DNA of 64,000 nt from an uncultured Eubacteriales bacterium (GTDB lineage Bacteria; Bacillota; Clostridia; Oscillospirales; UMGS1783). Under the pieces are notes generated by a model that saw only the letters and a list, made by a program, of their open reading frames with translations, was not told the origin of the DNA and ran no database searches. The position numbers were made by a program, and so were the translations under genes. Position 1 is the first letter of the stretch. Each line of letters begins with the position of its first letter. The stretch spans positions 211,981-275,980 of the forward strand of contig CAKSHC010000002.1 in assembly GCA_934456365.1 (NCBI GenBank), read 5' to 3'. Positions 37,442-44,512 of the stretch are shown here, one piece after another.

Positions 37442-37470
37442 ATTATATACGAACCCCTCCCGCTTGTCAA
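37442..37470 (-). promoter_or_regulatory. Consensus sigma-A promoter of the met leader/metQNI
   Basis: Minus strand TTGACA (37470-37465), 17 nt, TATAAT (37447-37442). Confidence 0.7.
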
Positions 37471-37531
37471 CCCCCTAATTTGTTTTTTTTTGTCAAATCC
37501 GCGCCCCTTTTGGGGAAAAGGGGCGCTTCCG

Positions 37532-37636
37532 TTACCGCTCGCTCTCGTGCCATTCGCAGCCGTAAAAAATGTAATCGTCCAGATCACCGACCGGCTCGCG
37601 CGCCGTTTCCGTTCCGGCAAAAAGCTCCTGTTCCAT
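37532..37636 (-). CDS. Possible small acidic protein (34 aa)
   Basis: GAGGAGGA RBS, then ATG 37636: MEQELFAGTETAREPVGDLDDYIFYGCEWHESER. Followed by the hairpin GCGCCCCTTTT/AAAAGGGGCGC. Below the track's size cut-off. Confidence 0.25.
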   Translation of the reverse strand: MEQELFAGTETAREPVGDLDDYIFYGCEWHESER

Positions 37637-37720
37637 GGCGTCCTCCTCGTTTTTCTCAGATAATCCAGTATATGATCCGACGCCAAAAAAATACCGGGAA
37701 AAACTTTCATTCCAAACATC

Positions 37721-37752
37721 AAAAGCGGCAAGGCATCGCCTTGCCGCTTTTT
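37721..37752. terminator. Hairpin terminator after the four-helix-bundle gene
   Basis: AGCGGCAAGGC-atc-GCCTTGCCGCT flanked by A4 and T5. Confidence 0.7.
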
Positions 37753-37818
37753 GGAGAGGAATTCAATTTCGAAAAGAAGCCGACTGGAACAAATGAGAAA
37801 ATAGGTGTAACCGATCAC

Positions 37819-38175
37819 TCATTTTTCTGTTCCTTTCGCTGTGTTGATGGAAGCGATCAGCATCCTGCGAATGGTGCCGCATGAATTGTGCAGGGGCTTT
37901 GCTTTCTCACTGTTGATCAGATTGGATTTTTCAAATAGCGCAATCCAGTATTCGGTTTCAAAGCATTCCTTCAAAGCGATCTGAAGCTTTGCAATGAAAT
38001 CCGCTTTTCCATGGGCATAATTGGCTTCATGGATATTTGCGCCAATGCTCGTGGCCGCTCGTTCAAATTGATTGACAAGAGAATAATGTCCCTTAATATT
38101 TTCACAAAGTCGGATTGCTTCTACGGAAAAATCCATGGAAAAATCAACGAGCTTATTTTCCTTCAATCCATTCAC
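37819..38175 (-). CDS. Four-helix-bundle protein (23S rRNA intervening-sequence protein family)
   Basis: 118 aa with family-typical ERAATSIGANIHEANYAHGKADFIAKLQIALKECFETEYW. Visibly AT-richer than all neighbouring genes. Confidence 0.85.
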   Translation of the reverse strand: MNGLKENKLVDFSMDFSVEAIRLCENIKGHYSLVNQFERAATSIGANIHEANYAHGKADFIAKLQIALKECFETEYWIALFEKSNLINSEKAKPLHNSCGTIRRMLIASINTAKGTEK

Positions 38176-38190
38176 CTCTGCAAAAAGTTG

Positions 38191-38377
38191 TTCATGAAAT
38201 ATCGCTGCGCGATATGAAATAATTTGCTGCGTAAATTATGAAATTTTCCGCTTCGCGGAAAGTGAAATAAAATTCGCCTTTTCATATTTGGCAAAGCCAA
38301 ATATTTCATACGCTTTAGCGTATTTCATAGCGAAGCTATTTCACTCGCCGGTAGGCGAATTTCATTGAAAAATGGAC
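38191..38377. repeat. Repeat family B, unit 1 (187-nt hairpin array)
   Basis: Differs from unit 2 at only 3 positions. Seven short GC-cored hairpins separated by TGAAAT (left half) or ATTTCA (right half). Confidence 0.85.
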
Positions 38378-38436
38378 GATAAAAAGGTTTTGTCCGATTC
38401 GGGATTTTTGCGCAGACAAAAAGCGTATTGTTTTTC

Positions 38437-38623
38437 TTCATGAAATATCGCTGTGCGATATGAAATAATTTACTGCGTAAATTATGAAATTTTCCGCTTC
38501 GCGGAAAGTGAAATAAAATTCGCCTTTTCATATTTGGCAAAGCCAAATATTTCACACGCTTTAGCGTATTTCATAGCGAAGCTATTTCACTCGCCGGTAG
38601 GCGAATTTCATTGAAAAATGGAC
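38437..38623. repeat. Repeat family B, unit 2 (187-nt hairpin array)
   Basis: Direct repeat of 38191-38377 at a 246-nt period. Abuts the tRNA-Tyr terminator. Confidence 0.85.
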
Positions 38624-38646
38624 TTGCTTTTAGCAAGTCCATTTTT
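38614..38646. terminator. Bidirectional terminator downstream of tRNA-Tyr
   Basis: A5-TGGACTTGCT-ttt-AGCAAGTCCA-T5. Confidence 0.8.
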
Positions 38647-38647
38647 C

Positions 38648-38732
<85 letters not shown>

Positions 38733-38735
38733 ATC

Positions 38736-38811
38736 TGGAGCTGGTGAACGGAATCGAACCATCAACCTGCTGATTACAAATCAGCTGCTCTGCCAATTGA
38801 GCTACACCAGC
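38736..38811 (-). tRNA. tRNA-Thr (anticodon TGT), CCA encoded
   Basis: Acceptor GCTGGTG/CACCAGC, anticodon stem GCTGA/TCAGC, loop TTTGTAA. Confidence 0.92.
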
Positions 38812-38845
38812 AAGAGGCTCGTTCTTTTCATCAGGGGCATGATGT

Positions 38846-38874
38846 ATTATAGCAAACGCGCGCCGGGTTGTCAA
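38846..38874 (-). promoter_or_regulatory. Consensus sigma-A promoter of the tRNA-Thr/tRNA-Tyr operon
   Basis: Minus strand TTGACA (38874-38869), 17 nt, TATAAT (38851-38846). Confidence 0.7.
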
Positions 38875-38957
38875 TAAGATTTTCGCAGTTTTTTCCCCTT
38901 CCTCTTGCCGAAGCAGGTGCGCTATGATAAAATCTTCTCAAAAAGGAGGCGCTTTTT

Positions 38958-40001
38958 ATGAAAATCAAAACGCTTGCCATCGTGAGCCTGTCCGGCGGAG
39001 TGCTCGGCGAAAGCTTTTTGGCCCACGAGCGCCGGCTCGGTCTGAGCCGGCTGGAAAAGCTTGGTGTGACCGTCCGCTTTATGCCCCATGCCCTCGACGG
39101 GCTCGACTTTCTGAAAAATCATCCCGAGGCCCGCGCGCAGGACCTTTTGGATGCCTTCCGGGATCCCTCGATCGACGGGATCCTCTGCGCCATCGGCGGC
39201 GACGATACCTATCGCCTCCTGCCCGCCCTCTTCGAGGAAAACCAGCTCGCCCGCGCCCTGTCCCCCAAGCCCTTCCTCGGCTTTTCCGACACCACGGTCA
39301 ACCACCTCATGCTCCATAAGCTCGGCCTCCCCACCTTCTATGGCCAGGCCTTTCTGCCGGATGTCTGCGAGCTGGATCGGGAGATGCTCCCCTATACCCG
39401 CTCCTTCTTCGAGGAATGGCTCCAAACCGGAACCGTCCGCGAGGTGCGCCCCAGCCCCGTCTGGTATGAATCCCGCGAAGAAAACGGCGGCTTCGGCCCC
39501 GACCGCCTCGGCACCGCCACCCCCTCCCATCCGGATTCCGGCTTTGTCCTTCTGCAGGGGGCTCCCGTCTTTTCCGGCGAGATCCTCGGCGGCTGCGTCG
39601 ACACGCTTTTCGACCTCTTCAGCCCCGAGCGCTACGCCGATCAGCCCGCCCTCTGCCAAAAATATGAGCTCTTCCCCCGTGCGCAGGAGTGGAAGGGAAA
39701 GATTCTGCTGCTGGAGTCCTCGGAGGAAAAAATGCCCCCGGAAAAATACCGCCGCGCCATCCGCTTCCTCAAGGAAGCCGGCGTGTTCGAGGCTGTGTCC
39801 GGCGTGCTCGTCGGCAAGCCGATGGACCGCGCCTTTGAGAAAGACTACCACCAGGCCCTTCTGGAGGAAATCGCCCGTCCCTCGCTTCCCGTGCTGGCCA
39901 ACCTGAACGTCGGCCACGCCCTCCCGCACTGCATTCTGCCCCTCGGCGTTCCCGCCCGGGTCGATGCAAACGCGCAGAAAATCACCTTTTCTGCCCTGTA
40001 A
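38958..40001 (+). CDS. S66 family LD-carboxypeptidase (MccF-like)
   Basis: IVSLSGGV..., DPSIDGILCAIGGDD, C-terminal NLNVGHALPHCILPLG. Confidence 0.88.
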   Translation: MKIKTLAIVSLSGGVLGESFLAHERRLGLSRLEKLGVTVRFMPHALDGLDFLKNHPEARAQDLLDAFRDPSIDGILCAIGGDDTYRLLPALFEENQLARALSPKPFLGFSDTTVNHLMLHKLGLPTFYGQAFLPDVCELDREMLPYTRSFFEEWLQTGTVREVRPSPVWYESREENGGFGPDRLGTATPSHPDSGFVLLQGAPVFSGEILGGCVDTLFDLFSPERYADQPALCQKYELFPRAQEWKGKILLLESSEEKMPPEKYRRAIRFLKEAGVFEAVSGVLVGKPMDRAFEKDYHQALLEEIARPSLPVLANLNVGHALPHCILPLGVPARVDANAQKITFSAL

Positions 40002-40161
40002 TTCTCTTTTTGCCGGTCGGTTGGCAAAAAATTTAGGCTGTTTTTGAAATCGGTGCGCAAAATCGGTTGCATTTTCAGAAAAAGAGTGCTACAATGTGAT
40101 TGATTAAGACTTCCTCAAGAAGTCGATTACAAAAGCCATCAACCAAACGGAGGGATTCTTT

Positions 40162-40755
40162 ATGGCAACGGCAGCAGATCATGAAAGAATGAGACACGAT
40201 TTGATGGACGGCGCGATCGTCGCCGTGGCGCAGCGCGGCATGGAGGGGCTGACCACTCGGGCCATCTCGGCGCAGAGCAAGCTCAACGAAGCCTATATTT
40301 ACCGCTATTTTCTGGATCGGGACGATCTTTTGCGCAAGGCCTTCCTGCGCTGGGATGCCCGTATGTTCGACACCTTCTGCCAGTACCACGACGAGCTGAG
40401 GGAGGAAGATGGAGACTACGAAACCCGTGTGCGCCGCTTCTTCGATAAGTGCTGGAGCTTCATGCTCAGCGACTTCGATTCCTGCAAGTTTTATCTCCGC
40501 TTCTACAGCTCCACTCTCTTCAACGCCGACGTGCTGGCGGACCACTACCGCGTGTGCGACCGGCTCTTCTCCCGCGTGCGCGACCGGTTTTTGGAGGGTG
40601 TGGATTCCGAAATGCTGATGCAGCATATCTTCTCCACCACCATCGGCTATGTCATGAGCGTGGCCACCGGCCTGATTCAGGACAGCGAGGAAATGCGCGC
40701 CAAGATCTTCTCCATCCTCTTCAAAACGCTCAACCAGTTCGTCGCCAAAATCTGA
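40162..40755 (+). CDS. TetR/AcrR family transcriptional regulator
   Basis: HTH GLTTRAISAQSKLNEAYIYRYF. Upstream promoter TTGCAT, 17 nt, TACAAT at 40065-40093. Confidence 0.88.
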   Translation: MATAADHERMRHDLMDGAIVAVAQRGMEGLTTRAISAQSKLNEAYIYRYFLDRDDLLRKAFLRWDARMFDTFCQYHDELREEDGDYETRVRRFFDKCWSFMLSDFDSCKFYLRFYSSTLFNADVLADHYRVCDRLFSRVRDRFLEGVDSEMLMQHIFSTTIGYVMSVATGLIQDSEEMRAKIFSILFKTLNQFVAKI

Positions 40756-40765
40756 AGCTTCAAAA

Positions 40766-40801
40766 GAAAACAGGCAGATCATCGGATCTGCCTGTTTTTT
40801 A
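40766..40801. terminator. Bidirectional terminator (TetR gene / acyltransferase gene)
   Basis: ACAGGCAGATC-atcg-GATCTGCCTGT flanked by A and T runs. Confidence 0.8.
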
Positions 40802-41603
40802 TTTCCCAGCGCACCTTTTCGGGCGAATCCACCCGAATGTAGGCATATCGCGCGTCCGGCGAGGATTGATATTGCTCGCACCGCTCCCTCATCCGTTCCT
40901 TGACCCGCCGGCACAGATCCGCCTTGGCCTGCGCCGCGGGAAGCTCGGGATCGGGATAGAAGGGCCCGTCGTAAACCACCATCCGCCGGGTCCGCCCCGA
41001 GCGGGTTTTCCGATAAATCGTCGTGCGCGCAAAGCAGGGCGCGTTCAGACGCACGGGATAGGCGAAGGAAACGGCCGGGAAATCCCGGATGGCGGAATAT
41101 TTCGGCCAGATGTGCGCCTCGGGGAAAATCGAGATCGCCCCGCCGCGCTCGTAAATGCGCCGGATCTCCGCCTCAAAGGGGCGGAAGGAGGCAAGAGCCT
41201 GCGGCGTGGGAATCGCCCCTAAAAAGCGCAGCAGAAGCTTCATCCCCGGTATGCTCAGCGCGTCCGGCCCCACCACCACCGAGCACGGCCGCGGAAAAGC
41301 GGCCGCCGGCGGGGAAATGGCGTCGGTCAGATAAGAGGTGTGGTTGCTGTAGAGAAAATATCCCTTTTTCCGATCGCGCCGCCGCAGCAGCACCCGCCGG
41401 TTCTTCACCGGCACAAAAAGCAAAAGCCGCACCTCCACAACCACCAGAAGCAAAACCAGATAGTAAACGATCGGCTTGAAGAAACGGTAGAATATGTTTT
41501 TCGGCTGATAATCGTAGTCCGCAGGGGTGGGCTTGGTGTGGATATCCGTCGCCGCAAAATCGTCGCTTCTCTCGTCGAAATAGTAGTAACGGCGCTCTTT
41601 CAT
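40779..41603 (-). CDS. Putative lysophospholipid acyltransferase (PlsC/LPLAT-like)
   Basis: N-terminal TM helix, NHTSYLTD (non-canonical HX5D) and an IFPEAHIW block. Confidence 0.6.
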   Translation of the reverse strand: MKERRYYYFDERSDDFAATDIHTKPTPADYDYQPKNIFYRFFKPIVYYLVLLLVVVEVRLLLFVPVKNRRVLLRRRDRKKGYFLYSNHTSYLTDAISPPAAAFPRPCSVVVGPDALSIPGMKLLLRFLGAIPTPQALASFRPFEAEIRRIYERGGAISIFPEAHIWPKYSAIRDFPAVSFAYPVRLNAPCFARTTIYRKTRSGRTRRMVVYDGPFYPDPELPAAQAKADLCRRVKERMRERCEQYQSSPDARYAYIRVDSPEKVRWEIKNRQIR

Positions 41604-42733
41604 CGATCGCCGCCGATCTGATCCAGAAGCATTTGCTCCATCCGATCCATGCAGGCTTCCTGATCAAAGGCCCGCCCTTCCCGGAGATAGAGAGCGCGCA
41701 GCTTTTCCGTTTCCTCGGGATGCTCAATAAAATAATCGAGCTTTCGGGCCAGATCGCGGCTGTCCCCCACCCGGAAAAGGCACCGGGGATCGAGCGCAAA
41801 GGCCTTGGTTGCGCAGCGCGGCGAATCGGCGATTAGGGGCACCAGTCCGCATCGGATGGCCTCCAGGCAGGCGATCGCCTCGATCTCCACCTCGGCCGGA
41901 TGGCAATAAAGATCGCAGGAGCGGATCAGCTCCACCAGCTCGTCGCGCGAGTAAAACCCGATGATCGGCGGATGCGGCAGGCGCGCCCCCATCCGGCGGA
42001 TCTGCTTTTCGCGCGGCCCCTGCCCGGCAAAATGCAGCTGAATGCGGTCGCGGTAGCGCGAGCGGTTCACCGCCCGCAAAAGCACCTTGTGCGATTTCTC
42101 GTTGGAAATCCGCCCGGTGAAAAGCACATGATAAAGCCCGTCCCCGAAGGGCTTGCCCTCGCCGGGGGTGAACCGGTCGTTGACCCCGTTGGAGATCACA
42201 TATCCGTTGGTCCTGCGCCCCACCTCTTTTTCAAACACATCCCGGATAAACTGGGTTGGGTAGTGGATCGCGTCGGCTCGGCAGAAAAGATTCCTGTCGT
42301 ACCAGCGGTAGATGATGTGGTTGATCGGGTTCCAGTGCAGAAGCCCGAGATGCACGGTGAAATTCTCGGCCTGCGCGTGGAAGCCCGCCGTGAGCGGCTT
42401 GCCCAGGCGCTTGCAGAGCTTCGAGGCCCGCCGCGCAATGAAAAGCGGAACCATAATGTGCACCACATCCGCCCCCCGGATCGCCTCGGTCAGCAGAGCC
42501 TCGTCGTAGCGCGGCAGCACCACATTGTTTTTGCGGAAAAACCAGTCCACCACCGGCCCCATGTTGCTGCGCGGCAGCACCACATACCCCGGCTCGCCCC
42601 GGCGGTTCTCGTCCGGGCAGACAACCGTCACCTCATGCCCCTTTTTGCGCAGATGATGAATCAGATTGTATGCCGCCACCGAGGTCCCGTTGTTGGGCTC
42701 GCCGAGCACCTCGCAAAGAATGGTAACCTTCAT
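41600..42733 (-). CDS. Glycosyltransferase family 4 (glycolipid synthase-like)
   Basis: GT-B/GT4 pattern (NGTSVAAYNL..., HPAEVEIEAIACLEAIRCGLVP). 4-nt overlap with the acyltransferase gene. Confidence 0.85.
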   Translation of the reverse strand: MKVTILCEVLGEPNNGTSVAAYNLIHHLRKKGHEVTVVCPDENRRGEPGYVVLPRSNMGPVVDWFFRKNNVVLPRYDEALLTEAIRGADVVHIMVPLFIARRASKLCKRLGKPLTAGFHAQAENFTVHLGLLHWNPINHIIYRWYDRNLFCRADAIHYPTQFIRDVFEKEVGRRTNGYVISNGVNDRFTPGEGKPFGDGLYHVLFTGRISNEKSHKVLLRAVNRSRYRDRIQLHFAGQGPREKQIRRMGARLPHPPIIGFYSRDELVELIRSCDLYCHPAEVEIEAIACLEAIRCGLVPLIADSPRCATKAFALDPRCLFRVGDSRDLARKLDYFIEHPEETEKLRALYLREGRAFDQEACMDRMEQMLLDQIGGDR

Positions 42734-42742
42734 AATTCTCCT

Positions 42743-43006
42743 TTATCCGGCCGATCCGACCGAGGCCTTTTTCGGCAAAATATCCACCAGATCGCTCAGC
42801 CCGCACCGCAAAACCATGCAGATCTTGGCCAGCGTCTCCAAATTCACAGCCTCCTGTCGCCCCATCTTGGCGATCACCGAGGGGCTCAGGTGGGCCTGAC
42901 GGCTCAGATCCTTCTTTTTCATCCGCCGCGTTTTCAAAAGCCGCCACAGCTTGTCGTAGCAATATTCGCAGGGCGCTTCCTCCAAAACCGTGTTTTTTGT
43001 GCGCAT
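42743..43006 (-). CDS. Small XRE-family HTH regulator
   Basis: KKKDLSRQAHLSPSVIAKMGRQEAVNLETLAKICMVLRC. Start at ATG 43006 behind AAAGGAG. Confidence 0.8.
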   Translation of the reverse strand: MRTKNTVLEEAPCEYCYDKLWRLLKTRRMKKKDLSRQAHLSPSVIAKMGRQEAVNLETLAKICMVLRCGLSDLVDILPKKASVGSAG

Positions 43007-43156
43007 ATTCGACTCCTTTCGACCAACCGGCCAAATAGGAGCATACCACACCCTGTTCATATTTTCAACATAATTTTCACGAAACAGAAATTTTCTTTTT
43101 TCCTTGCCAAGCGCGCCCGCCTTGCAGTAAAATGGAAAAGGAAAGGGGAGAGGGGT

Positions 43157-44497
43157 TTGCGCAATCTGACCGAAGGGAGCCCGCTGCGGCTGATCCTTTC
43201 GTTTTCGCTTCCGCTTCTGCTGGGCAATTTTCTGCAGCAGCTCTATAATGTGACCGACGCCGTCTTAGTCGGCCGCGCCCTCGGCGCGCAGGCGCTGGCA
43301 GGGGTGGGCGCCGCCTCGAGCGTTATGCTCTTGGTTATCGGCTTCTGCACGGGGGCCACAGCCGGTTTTTCTGTTCCGGTCGCGCGGTTTTTCGGAGCGG
43401 GCGATGAGGGGAAAATGCGCGAGCGCATCTTTCAGGGGGCTCTGCTCTCGCTGGCGCTGGCCGCCCTCCTTACGGCGCTCACAACCGTTTTCTGCTCGGA
43501 TATCCTGCGCCTTCTGCAAACCCCGGCCGCCATCTTTCCGGAAGCCTATGCCTACCTCTTTCTGATTTTTCTCGGCATTCCCTTCACCGTCCTCTATAAT
43601 TTTCTCGCCGGGATCCTGCGCGCCGTGGGCGACAGCCGCACCCCGCTTTTCATGCTGCTGGCCTCCACGCTGCTCAATGTCGTGCTGGATCTGCTTCTGA
43701 TCCTCGTGATCCCCCTCGGCGTCACCGGTGCCGCATTGGCTACCGTTTTGGCGCAGACCGTCAGTGCGGGGCTCTGTCTCCTCGTGATTGGAAAGCGGTT
43801 TCGGGCTTTGATCCCCGGGCGGGAGGATCGGCGGCTGAACGGAGCGGGCGTGGGCGAGCTGTTGGGCATGGGGCTGCCGATGGGGCTTCAGTATTCCATC
43901 ACCGCCATCGGCAGCATGCTGATGCAGGCGGCCAACAACGCCCTCGGCGGCGTTTATGTTGTCGCCTTTACCATGGGGATGCGCGTCAAGCAGCTCGTTT
44001 TGGCTCCCTTCGACGCGCTGGCTACCGGCCTTTCGAATTTTTGCAGCCAGAATCGCGGCGCCCGCCGTCCCGATCGCATCATCGGAGGAGTACGCCGCTG
44101 CTTTTGGGTTGGGTTGGGCTATGCCGCCGGCATGGGACTTTTGCTGATTTTTGCCGGAGGTGCGCTTTCGCAGATGTTTCTCGATGCCTCGGAAACCGGA
44201 GCCATCGCCGCCTCCGCCCAATATCTGCGTACCATCGGATGCTTTTTGTGGTGCGTCTGGATCCTGATCCTCTGCCGCATGACGGTTCAGGGGCTTGGCT
44301 TCGGCGGCCGCTCGATGCTCTCCGGTATGATGGAGATGCTCGCCCGCGGCGCCATGAGCCTGTTTGTTATCCCTGTTTTCGGCTTTTCCGCCGTCTGCTT
44401 CACCGACCCCGTTTCCTGGGCCGCCGGAAGCCTGCTGATCGGCCCGATCTGCCTGTGGTGTCTGCATAGAGTCAAAAAAAGCTGCCGTCCCGATTGA
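43157..44497 (+). CDS. MATE family efflux transporter
   Basis: LTEGSPLRLILSFSLPLLLGNFLQQLYNVTDAVLVGR; 12 TM helices. Proposed TTG start at 43157 behind GGGGAGAGGGG. The upstream part of track ORF 41900..44497 is a shadow of antisense genes. Confidence 0.85.
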   Translation: MRNLTEGSPLRLILSFSLPLLLGNFLQQLYNVTDAVLVGRALGAQALAGVGAASSVMLLVIGFCTGATAGFSVPVARFFGAGDEGKMRERIFQGALLSLALAALLTALTTVFCSDILRLLQTPAAIFPEAYAYLFLIFLGIPFTVLYNFLAGILRAVGDSRTPLFMLLASTLLNVVLDLLLILVIPLGVTGAALATVLAQTVSAGLCLLVIGKRFRALIPGREDRRLNGAGVGELLGMGLPMGLQYSITAIGSMLMQAANNALGGVYVVAFTMGMRVKQLVLAPFDALATGLSNFCSQNRGARRPDRIIGGVRRCFWVGLGYAAGMGLLLIFAGGALSQMFLDASETGAIAASAQYLRTIGCFLWCVWILILCRMTVQGLGFGGRSMLSGMMEMLARGAMSLFVIPVFGFSAVCFTDPVSWAAGSLLIGPICLWCLHRVKKSCRPD

Positions 44498-44511
44498 GAC
44501 GGCAGCTTTTT
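44474..44511. terminator. Bidirectional terminator (MATE / aldo-keto reductase)
   Basis: A7-GCTGCCGTC-8 nt-GACGGCAGC-T5. Confidence 0.8.
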
Positions 44512-44512
44512 C

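Noticed and set aside
37240-37470. S-box (SAM-I) riboswitch or Met T-box upstream of metQ
   Set aside because: The leader is only about 190 nt and is fully accounted for by promoter, mini-ORF and hairpins. I see no S-box core (such as the GAGGGA...GCAACC helices) and no T-box sequence. An Rfam scan is needed to be certain.
38191-38623. Whether the family-B repeats could be a CRISPR array
   Set aside because: There are only two units, each 187 nt long, separated by a 59-nt linker. There is no short repeat/spacer periodicity and no cas genes in the window.
41900-43156. 5' two-thirds of track ORF 41900..44497 (865 aa), and the similar extension 16947..17726 of ORF 16947..18884
   Set aside because: The upstream portions are antisense shadows of the GT4/XRE genes and of mrp. 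The real genes start at RBS-supported codons (43157 TTG for MATE, 17727 ATG for the flippase-like protein), downstream of mapped promoters.
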